Virus record (IMG/VR): IMGVR_UViG_3300032285_001177
Source of the DNA: a virus
Direction: 5' to 3' (one strand)
DNA: 64,000 nt
Below, in pieces: positions 43,029 to 54,825 of the stretch. Under the pieces are notes generated by a model. That model saw only the letters and a program-made list of their open reading frames with translations. It made no database searches and was not told the origin of the DNA. Every line of letters begins with the position of its first letter. Position 1 is the stretch's first letter. A program made the translations under genes and the position numbers.

Positions 43029-44003
43029 TTAAAATAATGCAAAAAAGTTTGGGTTGTTAGTATCGTACTTGAATACGATAATACCTTGTGCTCCAGGATT
43101 TGATGTAGATCCTGCTGCAGAACCTCCACCACCGCCGCCATATAAACCACCAGCTTTACCACCATTGACTGTACCAGTTGCTATACCACCAGTACCTCCT
43201 CCTGGACCTAGTGTAGTACCAGTTCCGGTTGTATTTGGATATACTGATCCAGTCCATATACTTCCAGCGCCAGCTGCACCCGCGGCTGTATTTGTTGTTG
43301 CGAAACCACCACCACCACCGCCGCCATTTGCACCCGCGCCTGCCGCAGCCCCCGTTGTTGCTCCGCTTCCACTAGTTTGTCCGGATACTGCACCACCAGC
43401 ACCGCCAGCAGCTACTAAACCATTTGCGCCAGTTCCTCCAGCTGAAGTAAGTGTAGCACCGCCTCCACCGCCTCCACCACCACCACCAGCAACTGTATAT
43501 CCATCACCGCCATTACCGCCAGCTCCGCCAGGTCCGGCTGCTCCGCCTGATCCTCCTCGCAATTGAGTAACTGTTTGTACACCAGAATTTCCTCCTGAGT
43601 ATACTGTATCACCTACGCATGATGCGGCTTGTCCACCAAGAGTTGCTGCAACACCTAAAGTGTTTCCAGCACCGCCCGAACCGCCTTTAGCTAAAGTTCC
43701 AGTTGATAATGTAGGAGTTGCAGATCCAAACCATGTGTCTCCACCTGCATTTCCAGCAGTTGTTCCTGATCCAGCACCACCCGCACCAACACTAACACTA
43801 ATGTTAGTTCCTGGACCCCAACCAGAAGTTGAAATAGTAGTGCCTTTAGCATAAGCTCCACCACCTCCGCCATATCCATTAGCACCATTACTACCAGAAC
43901 CACCACCGCCAATACATTCAACCGAAATAAACTTACCAAAATCAGTAGGTAAAGTAAATGTACTTGCTCCAGTTGTGGTTATGAATATTGTTTTTGTAGC
44001 CAT
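43029..44003 (-). CDS. Glycine-rich putative fibre-tip adhesin
   Basis: VECIGGGG.G...GGGGGAYAK...VGAGG...GGDTWF; ends GAQGIIVFKY; polyglycine runs. Confidence 0.72.
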   Translation of the reverse strand: MATKTIFITTTGASTFTLPTDFGKFISVECIGGGGSGSNGANGYGGGGGAYAKGTTISTSGWGPGTNISVSVGAGGAGSGTTAGNAGGDTWFGSATPTLSTGTLAKGGSGGAGNTLGVAATLGGQAASCVGDTVYSGGNSGVQTVTQLRGGSGGAAGPGGAGGNGGDGYTVAGGGGGGGGGGATLTSAGGTGANGLVAAGGAGGAVSGQTSGSGATTGAAAGAGANGGGGGGGFATTNTAAGAAGAGSIWTGSVYPNTTGTGTTLGPGGGTGGIATGTVNGGKAGGLYGGGGGGSAAGSTSNPGAQGIIVFKYDTNNPNFFALF

Positions 44004-44004
44004 A

Positions 44005-47000
44005 TTAAGCTTGTGTTGCTGATGCTACTACATCCCATGAGAATGTATTTGAGTTCCATATAGCACCAATATATTGGTACTTATTAATAACAGTGGTTGA
44101 TGGTAATGATGTTCCAAGAGGAGCAAAATATCCAGTTGCACCAGTTGCACCAGAATAAGTTATTGCACGAGCTGTACCATTGTCTTTGATCCTTATAAAC
44201 AATCTTTGACCATTTGCAGGAGTTCCAGATTCATTAGCAACAGCTAATGCATTGCCTAATGCTGTGATATCATAGAAGTCATAGCTGTTAGCGTTAGGAG
44301 TTAAAGTAGAAGGAGATGTTGCTCCGCTAACTCTTACTGTACCATATACCCCAGTTGAACCTGATGCACCTTGAATACCTGTAGCACCTGTTGCACCTGA
44401 AGCACCTTGTACACCTTGAGAACCTGTCGGTCCTGTTGTACCTGAAGCTCCTTGAACACCTTGTAAACCAGTTGAACCTGATGCACCTTGTATACCTGTT
44501 GCACCGCTTGCTCCAAGTGGACCGGTTGAACCAGTTGAACCTTTAACACCCTGTGGTCCTAAGTTTGCAGATACTCTCCATGTAGAACCATCGTATACTA
44601 ACCTTACAAATATCTGATCGATATCTATAACTAAGTCGTTAGCTGCACCTTGGATCGTTGATCCGTTTCTAAGTACTGTTAATGGGTTTGTAAAGAAGCT
44701 TGCTGCATCTTGGATCTCGATCGCATAACCAGTTGTTGGTGATGCCGGTAATGACACGCTGAATGCACCACTTGTAGTATTAGCGATGTATCTTGTACCG
44801 CTTACTATACCAGTTGCACCAGTTAAGTTTGTCCATATTGTGATTAGACCAGTCGCACCAGTTAAACCTGTTGAACCTGACGCACCTTGGAAACCAGTTG
44901 CACCTGATGCACCAGTTAAACCTGAAGCACCAAATATACCTGTAGAACCAGATGCACCTTGGAAACCAGTTGCACCTGAGGCGCCTTGGTTACCGATGTT
45001 GGCATATACTTGCCATGTACCTTGACTATAGATTAAGTTAAGGATTACATTTGGCACATCGCACACCAGATCTGTAGCAGATCCTTCGATCGTTGAACCA
45101 TTACGTGCTAACGTTAAGTTCTTTGTAGCCCAATTATTACCATCTGCAATAACTACCCAATCGCCGTTTGCTGGTGATGCAGGTAATGTAATAGTAAACG
45201 GTGCAGATGTTGTGTCTGCAATGATATAATCTTTATTAACTGCAGTGTATGTTGTTGTCTTAATTAAGTATGATGAGATAAGACCAGTAGCACCAGTTAA
45301 GCCTGTTGAACCACTTGCACCTTGTAAACCTTGGATGCCTGATGCACCACTTGCACCTGAAGCGCCTTGGATACCTTGAGTACCAGTTGCTCCGCTAGCT
45401 CCGCTAGTTCCACTCGCGCCTTGAATACCTTGAGAACCTGTAGCACCTGACGCACCTTGAGGACCTGTTGTACCTACGTTACCTTGAGTTCCTTGAGGAC
45501 CAGTTGAACCTACATTACCTGTAATACCGGTTGCACCGCTTGCACCTTGTACACCACTTGCTCCAGTAATACCTGTAGAACCACTAGCACCTTGTACACC
45601 TGAAGAACCTTGGATACCAGTTGAGCCTGAAGCTCCTTGAACACCGCTTGAACCTTGGATACCAGTTGAACCTGATGCACCTTGTACACCGCTTGAACCT
45701 TGGATACCAGTGGATCCACTCGCACCTTGAACACCTGTTGAGCCATTAACTCCGCTTGCACCAGTAATACCAGTTGAACCTGATGCACCTTGTACACCAG
45801 TTGAACCACTAATACCTTGTAAACCTGTTGAACCTGATGCACCTTGGAAACCTGTGGCACCTGTTGATCCAGTTTGACCTGTTGCTCCGCTAATACCTGT
45901 TGCACCTTGTACACCTACTGCACCGTCAAGGTTGACTGACCATGTATTGTATGTACCAGAACCTACAACTCCTGTACGCGTAAGGTTAAGTGCACCAGTT
46001 CCAGATGTGTATGAATCTACGTTTGCATATTGTAAGTTGGACGCGTCGTACGCGATGACTACTGATTGACCAACAGAATAACTTAATCCAGTAGGGACAG
46101 AGATTCCGGTTGCACCAGAACCAGCAAGCGTCATTGAAGATGTTGAAGTTGTTTGGTACTTATCACCGTTTGAACCAGCTGTACCTGTTGCGCCCGGTAA
46201 ACCAGTTGAACCTGAAGCACCTTGTGCACCTGTTGAACCGCGTGGACCTGCAGGACCTTGACCACCTTGGATAGAGTCAACGATCGCTATGTAATCGATA
46301 TTTGTTTGATGTGATGCATTACCAGTGTTTGAGTGGTATAGTCTTAGATCTACTGCTCCACCCATTCCAGCATTAACATAATTGGTGGATGAGATAACTG
46401 CTAGTTCAAATTGGTAGTAACCACCTAAACCGCTATAAGACCCAATATTATCCCAGTTACCGGTATTCCAGTTCCATAACTGAACATAGATCGTATGGCC
46501 AGAATTTTGTGTATATTGGATGTTGAGGTCGACAAGGTTGAACTTCTCTACACCTGTGAAACTTACTTGGAATATCCATGCTGGACCAGTTCCAGTACCA
46601 TCCGTTAAGATGTATTGATTACCATCATTAAAGCTTTGAATATCTGTAACAGAGCCTGAAACATATACACCGTTTGTTAAGCTAACAGAAGTTGCACCGT
46701 ATATAGTGACCGCAGGAGCAGGACCAGTAGCACCAGTATAACCTGTTGCACCACTTGCACCAGTAATACCTGATGCACCAAATACACCCGTCGCACCAGT
46801 TAAACCTGTCGAACCAGATGCTCCATTAATACCAGTGGCACCTGAAGCACCTTGATAACCAGTTGCACCTGTGGCACCAGTTAAACCTGAAGCGCCGAAT
46901 ACACCAGTTGAACCTGATGCACCTTGGATACCTGTAGAACCTGAGGCACCTTGGAAACCAGTTGCACCTGATGAACCTTGGTAACCTGTGGCACCGGTAG

Positions 47001-48759
47001 AACCTTGTGGACCAGTTGAACCAGTCGCACCACGAATACCTGTAGCACCTGTAGCACCTTGATTGCCTGTGGCTCCTGATGCACCTTGAATACCCTGTTC
47101 ACCTGTTGCACCAGTTTCTCCAGTAGAACCTGAAGCACCTTGAATACCTTGTGTTCCTTGAACACCTTGTGGACCAGTAGCACCTGAAGCACCAGTATCT
47201 CCTGTTTGACCAGTTGCGCCTTGTACACCTTGAACGCCAGTTGCACCATCATTACCTTGAATGCCTGTTGCACCTGTACGACCTTGAATACCTGTAGCAC
47301 CACCAAAACCAGTGGCACCCGAAGCACCGTTGATACCAGTAGCACCAGCAGTACCTGTTGAACCGTATACACCGGTTGAACCACCGATACCTGTTGCACC
47401 AGTATAACCAGTCGCCCCACTAATACCTGTAGCACCAGTTAATCCAGTTGAACCACTTGCACCAATTAATGTATATGTTACCTGTGATGCAGAAATTTCA
47501 ATTGCTGGTGCTGCTGGGTAAGCACCACTTGCACCGGTGGCGCCAACACCTGGTAAATTTTCAAGACTTACTGTATTCTTTTCAACGTTTAACCAGAACT
47601 CAATATAATCACCCGCCGCATAGCTGTCAACATACGTGCGCGAACTGATCGTCTGACCTGCCACGCCTCCAGGTCCACCGGTTTTAGGTTGAACGGATAC
47701 TTGTGAAGTTGAAAGTGGTACAGCATTTCCATTAAGTTTTACAAATATATTTGCATTTTGTGGTGAACCATCTGTGTTAAGCAGTTGTGCAGAAAATGAT
47801 ACTTGATAAGTACCAGCATTTGCAAATGTTAATCTTGTTGGTACTCCTGATCCATTATTTGTAATGGATACACCATTGGATTCCCTTGTACCATCAATTG
47901 GTATGACATAATTTATGTCTTTAGTGCTTGGAGCTACAGCAGTTTGGCTATAGAAGTCACCATAGTATGCTACCGTTCCACCAACACCTGGAGAACCAGT
48001 CGCACCAGCTTGACCTACTGCACCATCAAGGTTGACTTCCCATGTTGAGTATGTACCTGAACCTTGAACTGAAGTTCTAGTAATTGCCAATGCACCAGTA
48101 ACTTCGTCATAACTAACTACTTGTGCATGTTGATGATTTGCATAGTCATGCGCGATGATGATACTTTGACCAATAGTATAGTCAAGGTATGTATCTACTA
48201 CGATGCCTGTTGCGCCGCTTGCTGCTAGAGTTAATGTGGAAGTTGATGTGGTGTTGTAGATGTTACCGTTGATACCTGAGGCACCAACACCGGTAGCACC
48301 TGTTAAACCCGTTGAACCTGATGCACCTTGGAAACCTGTGGCACCGGTTGCACCGGATAACCCAGTTGAACCTGAAGCACCTTGAGTACCGGTGGATCCA
48401 CTAGCACCTTGATAACCTTGAGAGCCTGAAGCTCCTTGAAGACCTTGAACACCGGTGGCACCTACATCACCGGTAAAACCTGTTGCACCATCATTACCTT
48501 GGATACCTGTTGCACCACGGATACCCGTAGAACCTGAAGCACCTTGGATACCTTGTAAACCAGTAGAACCTGAAGCGCCTTGATGACCTGTAGCTCCTGA
48601 TGCACCTTGGAAACCAGTCGCGCCTGATGCGCCGGATGCACCTGTGAGGGTGCCAGTGGCACCTATCCACTCGCCTTGATCGTTGATTACATCAATTGGT
48701 CCCGATGATCCAACGCTGAGACCATTCTTTACGTTGAACGTTTTATTACTTGTAGCCAA
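44005..48759 (-). CDS. Large collagen-like fibre protein (1584 aa)
   Basis: TTG start with AGGGGA SD; long Gly-X-Y runs interrupted by globular domains (two NLDGAVG domains, a BclA-CTD/C1q-like domain, two gp9/gp34-like domains). Confidence 0.88.
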   Translation of the reverse strand: MATSNKTFNVKNGLSVGSSGPIDVINDQGEWIGATGTLTGASGASGATGFQGASGATGHQGASGSTGLQGIQGASGSTGIRGATGIQGNDGATGFTGDVGATGVQGLQGASGSQGYQGASGSTGTQGASGSTGLSGATGATGFQGASGSTGLTGATGVGASGINGNIYNTTSTSTLTLAASGATGIVVDTYLDYTIGQSIIIAHDYANHQHAQVVSYDEVTGALAITRTSVQGSGTYSTWEVNLDGAVGQAGATGSPGVGGTVAYYGDFYSQTAVAPSTKDINYVIPIDGTRESNGVSITNNGSGVPTRLTFANAGTYQVSFSAQLLNTDGSPQNANIFVKLNGNAVPLSTSQVSVQPKTGGPGGVAGQTISSRTYVDSYAAGDYIEFWLNVEKNTVSLENLPGVGATGASGAYPAAPAIEISASQVTYTLIGASGSTGLTGATGISGATGYTGATGIGGSTGVYGSTGTAGATGINGASGATGFGGATGIQGRTGATGIQGNDGATGVQGVQGATGQTGDTGASGATGPQGVQGTQGIQGASGSTGETGATGEQGIQGASGATGNQGATGATGIRGATGSTGPQGSTGATGYQGSSGATGFQGASGSTGIQGASGSTGVFGASGLTGATGATGYQGASGATGINGASGSTGLTGATGVFGASGITGASGATGYTGATGPAPAVTIYGATSVSLTNGVYVSGSVTDIQSFNDGNQYILTDGTGTGPAWIFQVSFTGVEKFNLVDLNIQYTQNSGHTIYVQLWNWNTGNWDNIGSYSGLGGYYQFELAVISSTNYVNAGMGGAVDLRLYHSNTGNASHQTNIDYIAIVDSIQGGQGPAGPRGSTGAQGASGSTGLPGATGTAGSNGDKYQTTSTSSMTLAGSGATGISVPTGLSYSVGQSVVIAYDASNLQYANVDSYTSGTGALNLTRTGVVGSGTYNTWSVNLDGAVGVQGATGISGATGQTGSTGATGFQGASGSTGLQGISGSTGVQGASGSTGITGASGVNGSTGVQGASGSTGIQGSSGVQGASGSTGIQGSSGVQGASGSTGIQGSSGVQGASGSTGITGASGVQGASGATGITGNVGSTGPQGTQGNVGTTGPQGASGATGSQGIQGASGTSGASGATGTQGIQGASGASGASGIQGLQGASGSTGLTGATGLISSYLIKTTTYTAVNKDYIIADTTSAPFTITLPASPANGDWVVIADGNNWATKNLTLARNGSTIEGSATDLVCDVPNVILNLIYSQGTWQVYANIGNQGASGATGFQGASGSTGIFGASGLTGASGATGFQGASGSTGLTGATGLITIWTNLTGATGIVSGTRYIANTTSGAFSVSLPASPTTGYAIEIQDAASFFTNPLTVLRNGSTIQGAANDLVIDIDQIFVRLVYDGSTWRVSANLGPQGVKGSTGSTGPLGASGATGIQGASGSTGLQGVQGASGTTGPTGSQGVQGASGATGATGIQGASGSTGVYGTVRVSGATSPSTLTPNANSYDFYDITALGNALAVANESGTPANGQRLFIRIKDNGTARAITYSGATGATGYFAPLGTSLPSTTVINKYQYIGAIWNSNTFSWDVVASATQA

Positions 48760-48804
48760 GGTTCACTGTCCCCTAGGTTTATGTGATTACGATATATCTA
48801 TTTA

Positions 48805-51800
48805 TTAGTATCCGTAGGTGATCTTATTTAAGTCGTCCCTTGAAGTAAAGTTTCCGTTAATAGTAACAACTGTTAATACTGCACCGTCCCAAGCAACTAC
48901 ATAACCATTTGCTGGGTTTTGCGGACCAATACCGGCAGAATCAAACGTGATGTTTGTATTATTTGCAGCAAGTGTAGCAAAGTCAATTGTATCATACCAG
49001 TAATCGCTTGGATAGATGTATGCTTGACCATTTGGTATAGAATTAACATCAGCATGATCTCGTGAACTAAACAAGTATGTGCCAGAAGGATCATATATTG
49101 TTGTACCACCTATACGACTCTTAACACCTTCTCTTTGCCATGTAATATCAGTACCTGAAACTGTTGGAGTTACCTTTAATGATACTACAGAACCGTCTGT
49201 AGTTGCTGTAACTGACATAACGTTATGACCAGTTGCCCCAGTTCTTAATGTTGCATACTCTGTCATGTATACACCGTCTGCATTTTGTGTTAGGATAACT
49301 TCTGTTGCTTGTACGTTAGTTCCTTCTACACCTTGAACGATATACTTAACTGTACCTTGATCATTAGATTGGAACCTATCAACTGTTTGCTGAGATGTAC
49401 CGCTCAATCCTGTTGTACCAGTTATGAAGCCATAACCTTTTACACCTAAGAAGCCTGTAGCACCGTCAAGACCAACTGTACCAGTTGAACCTGAAGCTCC
49501 TTGAGTACCTGTTGCACCTTGGTAACCTGTAGCACCTTGATCGCCGTCTACACCAGATGCACCGTCAATACCTGCGGCACCACTAGCACCTTGATAACCA
49601 TCTGCACCGCTAGCACCTTGGTAACCATCATTTTCTGCTGGACCAAAACCTTCGATAACAATGCTTGCACCTGGAGGTATAGCACCAAGAGTTACAGGAT
49701 AGTCTGTAAAATTAAGCATTGAGTATTCATTATTATTCTCAATGTAATTATAAACGGTGTATGTATGACCGCCATAAGTTACGGTCATTCCTGGAGCAAT
49801 ACCAGATATAGGACCATTAACCCTTAAGAAACTGCCCATTAATGTTGGGTATTCTAACCAAGCATTGTCTAGACCAGTATAACCACCAAATGATGAGACT
49901 GTAACATTGATAGAATTATATGCTGCACCGTTACCACCAGTGTAACCACGAGTACCGCTTATACCGCTTGCGCCAAATATACCAGTAGCACCTGATGCAC
50001 CAATCCAACCTACTGCACCATCAAGGTTAACTATCCAACCACTAACTCCTGTTGCATTTCCGTATGACGCAGTTACTTCTACATCAATTCCACTACCACC
50101 ACCAATGACGTTAGTAATATCAGCAACCATATAGTTGTTGATATCTTTAGCTATGATAACTGATTGACCAGTTGAGTAATTATAAGTTGTAGCACCAGTA
50201 TCTGGATCTGCTAAGAATGGTATAGTTATAGGAGTACCTATAGCATATACTGAGAAGTTTCCATCAGCTGTTGCTTTGAATTGTAGACCGCTATAACCTG
50301 TAGCACCTGTTATACCAGAAGCACCATCGATACCTGCGGCACCGCTTGCTCCATCTATACCAGCCGCTCCTATATAACCGGTTTCGCCTTGAGCACCAGA
50401 AGCACCGTCAATACCAGCAGCTCCACTAGCACCATCGATACCAGAAGCACCTGAAGCACCATCTATACCTTGAGCGCCTGATGCACCATCAACACCTACT
50501 GGACCAGTAGATCCATTAATGCCTGAAGCACCTGATGCACCAGCCCAAGCTGTCCATGCCCAATATTCTGGATAACTATCTGGGTAAAGTCCTGTATTTT
50601 CTACTAAACATCTATGTGAATCAGCAGGCATAGTAACTACTATATCACCTGGATAGTATGTTGTACCTACATCCCATAAGCCGCGTGGATTACCAGTAGT
50701 GAGTTGGTCTGCATCGTAACCAGCGTTACCATCAGGACCTTGTACACCATCTGCACCAGAAGCACCTTGAATACCTGTGTTTGTTGGTGCACCATTACCT
50801 AAGTATGTGTATCCACTTGGAACATCATACTGAGGAGTAGTTATTAATTCAAATACAGCACCATCGAGTGTGCTTACTGCTGGATAACTATGTGGTTGAG
50901 CTAATAAGAATGGTGAACCGTTAGTATTAGTTGCGGGATCTCCGCCTTTTGACCATGCTCCACCGTTAACTCTTGCCCAGAAGTATCCAGTATTATAATT
51001 AACTGCAACTTCTACTAAATCACCAACACCCCAACTAATACCTAATGCATCTGTTTGTGCACCGTTTGTGTAAACAGCACCATCTTGTTGGAATCCTTGT
51101 GATTGATTATCATACATTCCTAACGCATTATTGACATCAATGCCAGATGTTCCTAAGCCAATGCGATTAGTAGTAGCAGGTATATCAGCATCTAACCTTA
51201 CACCAAACATACTTAAACCAGAGTTGGCGTATGTTGCCATTTCAGCAGTACCTATTGCTGATTCAATATAACCAACTGTACCACTTAATATTGTATTTGT
51301 GCCGTTACTGCCGCTTGAAATTGTTTGATGGGCTCCGTAATGACCATAACTTGTATCAAATTGAACTGCTGAGGATGAACCATCACCACCTTGTGCACCA
51401 GTAGCACCAGTGTAACCTGTAGCGCCATCGATACCTTGATAACCTTGATCGCCTTCATCACCTTGTGAACCTTGAGAACCTGTAGCGCCTTGTACACCGT
51501 CAGCGCCAGAAGCACCATCTATACCTTGAGCACCACTTGCTCCATCGATGCCTGCAGCACCAGTTGCACCTTGTACACCATCTGCACCAGAAGCGCCTTG
51601 ATAACCTTGTTCGCCATCAGCACCTGTAGCACCTTGAATACCTGTTGCGCCTTGATAACCTTGTGCGCCTGTAGCACCTGTAGCGCCATCTTGACCAGTT
51701 ACACCTGAGGCACCAACTTGTCCTTCTGCACCGTCAAGGTTAATTTCCCATGAACTTGCAGAACCTGTACCTACGTGATCGATCGGGGTGAATGCTAAGA

Positions 51801-52467
51801 TCTTTGTATTAGCATCCCATGAAGTAACAGTAGCGTGGATATGTTTACCACCACCATCTGCTAAAAGGATTGTTTGACCGTATGAATAGTTTAGATAATC
51901 GTCAACAACTACTACACCTGTAGCACCTGTTGTTAAATTGAGTGTTGTCGTAGATGTTGTATGGTATCTATGACCATGAACACCTGTAGCACCAGTTTCA
52001 CCTGTTACACCAGAAGCACCATCAATACCTGCAGCTCCAGAAGCACCGTCGATACCAGCAACGCCTGTTGCTCCAGTTGCACCATCTGTACCTTGATCTC
52101 CAGTAGTACCTATCTCACCAGTTGCACCTCGAGCACCAGTTGCACCAGTTATACCTTGATAACCATCTGCACCACTTGCACCTTGATAACCTTGTGCGCC
52201 TGTAGCACCTTGGTAACCTTCTACGCCAGTAGTACCTTGATAACCATCAATACCGGTGGCACCTGAGGCTCCATCAATACCAGCAACACCTGTTGCTCCA
52301 GTTGCACCATCTGTACCTACTACACCAGTTGCACCATAAGGTGATTCACCTGGGCCAGAGTTACCAACCCATTCACCAGCTGTGTTAATTACTTCGAATC
52401 CAGAAGCTCCAACGGCAAGGCCGTTCTTAACTAGAAACTTCTGGTTATTGGTTGGTTTGTCAGCCAC
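48805..52467 (-). CDS. Large collagen-like fibre protein (1220 aa)
   Basis: GTG start with GGAG SD; acidic Gly-X-Y runs (GID/GAD/GYQ), SPRY-like and CBM5/12-like inserts, KYIVQ...TEYA domain. Confidence 0.88.
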   Translation of the reverse strand: MADKPTNNQKFLVKNGLAVGASGFEVINTAGEWVGNSGPGESPYGATGVVGTDGATGATGVAGIDGASGATGIDGYQGTTGVEGYQGATGAQGYQGASGADGYQGITGATGARGATGEIGTTGDQGTDGATGATGVAGIDGASGAAGIDGASGVTGETGATGVHGHRYHTTSTTTLNLTTGATGVVVVDDYLNYSYGQTILLADGGGKHIHATVTSWDANTKILAFTPIDHVGTGSASSWEINLDGAEGQVGASGVTGQDGATGATGAQGYQGATGIQGATGADGEQGYQGASGADGVQGATGAAGIDGASGAQGIDGASGADGVQGATGSQGSQGDEGDQGYQGIDGATGYTGATGAQGGDGSSSAVQFDTSYGHYGAHQTISSGSNGTNTILSGTVGYIESAIGTAEMATYANSGLSMFGVRLDADIPATTNRIGLGTSGIDVNNALGMYDNQSQGFQQDGAVYTNGAQTDALGISWGVGDLVEVAVNYNTGYFWARVNGGAWSKGGDPATNTNGSPFLLAQPHSYPAVSTLDGAVFELITTPQYDVPSGYTYLGNGAPTNTGIQGASGADGVQGPDGNAGYDADQLTTGNPRGLWDVGTTYYPGDIVVTMPADSHRCLVENTGLYPDSYPEYWAWTAWAGASGASGINGSTGPVGVDGASGAQGIDGASGASGIDGASGAAGIDGASGAQGETGYIGAAGIDGASGAAGIDGASGITGATGYSGLQFKATADGNFSVYAIGTPITIPFLADPDTGATTYNYSTGQSVIIAKDINNYMVADITNVIGGGSGIDVEVTASYGNATGVSGWIVNLDGAVGWIGASGATGIFGASGISGTRGYTGGNGAAYNSINVTVSSFGGYTGLDNAWLEYPTLMGSFLRVNGPISGIAPGMTVTYGGHTYTVYNYIENNNEYSMLNFTDYPVTLGAIPPGASIVIEGFGPAENDGYQGASGADGYQGASGAAGIDGASGVDGDQGATGYQGATGTQGASGSTGTVGLDGATGFLGVKGYGFITGTTGLSGTSQQTVDRFQSNDQGTVKYIVQGVEGTNVQATEVILTQNADGVYMTEYATLRTGATGHNVMSVTATTDGSVVSLKVTPTVSGTDITWQREGVKSRIGGTTIYDPSGTYLFSSRDHADVNSIPNGQAYIYPSDYWYDTIDFATLAANNTNITFDSAGIGPQNPANGYVVAWDGAVLTVVTINGNFTSRDDLNKITYGY

Positions 52468-52492
52468 GTTAATCTCCGATTATTTTGTTTTA

Positions 52493-54775
52493 TTATGCTA
52501 GTAATGCTGAGCGTACATAGTCTATAACAGTGTTAGTATTTGCTGGTGTTACTTTAATGTAAACATAACCTGCATTATACTCTGCACTTATTGTCATTAG
52601 ACTCATACTTGAATACAATGTTGCGTATTCTGTAACAGAAGCATCTGTACCATTATGAGTAACGATAACTTCTGTTGAGTGTACTTCACCAGCTTCTGTA
52701 GCTTGGATGATATACTTAGCTGTTCTATATGTAGTAGCATTATAGCTATCAAGTGTTTGGTTTGGTGTTGTAGTTGGGAATGATCCATCATTGATGAATA
52801 AACCAGCACCGCTTGCACCTACAGGACCAGTTGAACCGGTAGCACCAGTTAAACCAGTTGAACCTGAAGCACCTTGGTAACCCGTAGCACCTGTAGCACC
52901 AGTGTAACCTGTTGCACCTGAAGCACCGCTTGCACCATCAATACCTGTAGCACCTGAGGCACCATCTAAACCAGTTGAACCTGATGCACCTTGGAAGCCT
53001 GTCGCACCTGTTGCTCCTGTATAACCTGTAGCACCTGAGGCACCTTGGATACCTGATGCACCAGTGATACCGCTTGCACCTTGGATACCTTGAGCACCGT
53101 CTAAGTTAACTTCCCATGCTGAATGTTCACCAGAACCATTTGATGTTGTTTTATTAAATACTAATTGGTTACCAGTTAGACTTACAACTGTACCAAGTTG
53201 CATGTTGCTTGCATCCCAAGCAACTACGATCGATTGACCTACTGTGTAGTCATAATTTGTTTTATCAAGTGTTAATGTGATTTGACCTGTGCCACCGATA
53301 GTCATTACACCTGTTGCAGTAGCAGCATAAGTGTCACCATCAGAACCAGTTGCACCAGTTAAACCTGTTGCACCATCGATACCTGTAGCACCTGATGCGC
53401 CATCAATACCTGTCGCGCCACTAGCACCGTCTATACCTGTAGCACCTGATGCACCATCGATACCAGTTGCACCTGAGGCACCATCGATACCCGTTGCACC
53501 ACTTGCGCCGTCTATACCAGTCGCACCTGAGGCACCATCGATACCTGTGGCACCAGTCGCACCTGAGGCACCATCGATACCCGATGCACCTTGTAAACCT
53601 GTTGCACCTATAATACCAGTTGCACCTGAAGCACCTTGTAAGCCTGTTGAACCACTAGCACCTTGTGAACCCGTAGCACCTGATGCACCTGTTGGACCAG
53701 TCGCACCATCATAACCTATAACACCCGAAGCACCATCAGCACCAGTTGCACCGGATGCTCCTCGAACACCTGTGGCACCTGAAGCACCTTGTAAACCGGT
53801 TGCACCTGATGCACCATCAATACCTGTGGCACCTGAAGCACCGTCAATACCAGTGGCACCTGACGCGCCTTGTAAACCTGTAGCGCCGCTTGCGCCGTCT
53901 AAACCTGTTGAACCAGAGGCACCTTGGAAACCAGTGGCGCCTGAAGCACCTTGGAAACCTGTTGCACCTGAGGCACCTTGATAACCAGTAGCACCAGTAT
54001 AACCTGTTGCTCCTTGTACACCAACTGCGCCAGATAAGTTAACATTGAAGTTGCTTGATACAACATCTTGTGCATTAGCAACGTCTGTGATTACTAAATT
54101 TAATTCGCCTGTACTAGCATTATATGCATATACAGTACCATGAATATGATTACCTGGATTATTAAGATCGGCTACGATTACGGTTTGTTGCGGACTATAA
54201 TCTAAGTTTATATCAACGTATAGTAGATCTAGAGTATCTGTTACAGAGTAGTCAGATAAGTTTAATGAACCAGAATATGTGGTGTTGTATTTGTCACCGT
54301 CAAGACCTGCAGTACCTGTAGCACCAGTGTAACCTGTTGCACCATCGATACCAGTTGCACCTGAGGCACCATCAATACCCGTTGCACCTGAAGCACCATC
54401 TACACCTGTCGCACCAGAAGCACCGGTATGACCTGTAGCACCTGAAGCACCTTGATAACCAGTGGCACCTGAAGCGCCATCTAAACCTGTTGAACCAGAG
54501 GCACCTTGGAAACCTGTCGCACCGCTTGCACCCTGTGGGCCTGTAGCGCCTGAGGCACCATCAACGCCGCTTGCTCCGCTAATACCTGAAGCACCATCAA
54601 TACCTGTAGCACCAGAAGCACCATCGACACCCGTTGCACCTGAAGCACCTGTCGCTCCAGCTGGAAGTTGGGCCCCTACCCAATTACCATTCTCGTCAAT
54701 GACATCTATCGGTCCTGACGCTCCGCCAACGGCTAGGCCGTTCTTTACTATAAATTTTGAATTATTCGTTGCCAC
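52493..54775 (-). CDS. Collagen-like fibre protein (760 aa)
   Basis: GTG start with AGGAG SD; (GIDGASGAT)n runs, two NL(D/S)GA.G domains, C-terminal TAKYIIQ...TEYA domain. Confidence 0.88.
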   Translation of the reverse strand: MATNNSKFIVKNGLAVGGASGPIDVIDENGNWVGAQLPAGATGASGATGVDGASGATGIDGASGISGASGVDGASGATGPQGASGATGFQGASGSTGLDGASGATGYQGASGATGHTGASGATGVDGASGATGIDGASGATGIDGATGYTGATGTAGLDGDKYNTTYSGSLNLSDYSVTDTLDLLYVDINLDYSPQQTVIVADLNNPGNHIHGTVYAYNASTGELNLVITDVANAQDVVSSNFNVNLSGAVGVQGATGYTGATGYQGASGATGFQGASGATGFQGASGSTGLDGASGATGLQGASGATGIDGASGATGIDGASGATGLQGASGATGVRGASGATGADGASGVIGYDGATGPTGASGATGSQGASGSTGLQGASGATGIIGATGLQGASGIDGASGATGATGIDGASGATGIDGASGATGIDGASGATGIDGASGATGIDGASGATGIDGASGATGIDGATGLTGATGSDGDTYAATATGVMTIGGTGQITLTLDKTNYDYTVGQSIVVAWDASNMQLGTVVSLTGNQLVFNKTTSNGSGEHSAWEVNLDGAQGIQGASGITGASGIQGASGATGYTGATGATGFQGASGSTGLDGASGATGIDGASGASGATGYTGATGATGYQGASGSTGLTGATGSTGPVGASGAGLFINDGSFPTTTPNQTLDSYNATTYRTAKYIIQATEAGEVHSTEVIVTHNGTDASVTEYATLYSSMSLMTISAEYNAGYVYIKVTPANTNTVIDYVRSALLA

Positions 54776-54812
54776 AGTGTGCTCTCCTTGATGGGTATTC
54801 TTGCTCTTTAGT

Positions 54813-54820
54813 TATTTATA
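54813..54820 (-). promoter_or_regulatory. T4 late promoter for the collagen gene trio
   Basis: Exact intergenic TATAAATA. Confidence 0.85.
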
Positions 54821-54825
54821 ATTTA

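Noticed and set aside
44334-48662. Alternative-frame minus-strand ORFs rich in V/Q/L (e.g. 46881-47435, 45510-45914)
   Set aside because: Frame-shifted readings of the collagen repeats; no slippery site or independent start was identified.
26500-54791. Many long plus-strand ORFs rich in PVAP/APEAP (e.g. 29773-30960, 26500-27141, 43054-43566, 53331-53714)
   Set aside because: Antisense shadows of Gly/Ala/Thr repeat genes; the reverse complement of these codons rarely gives stops. No SD or promoter support.
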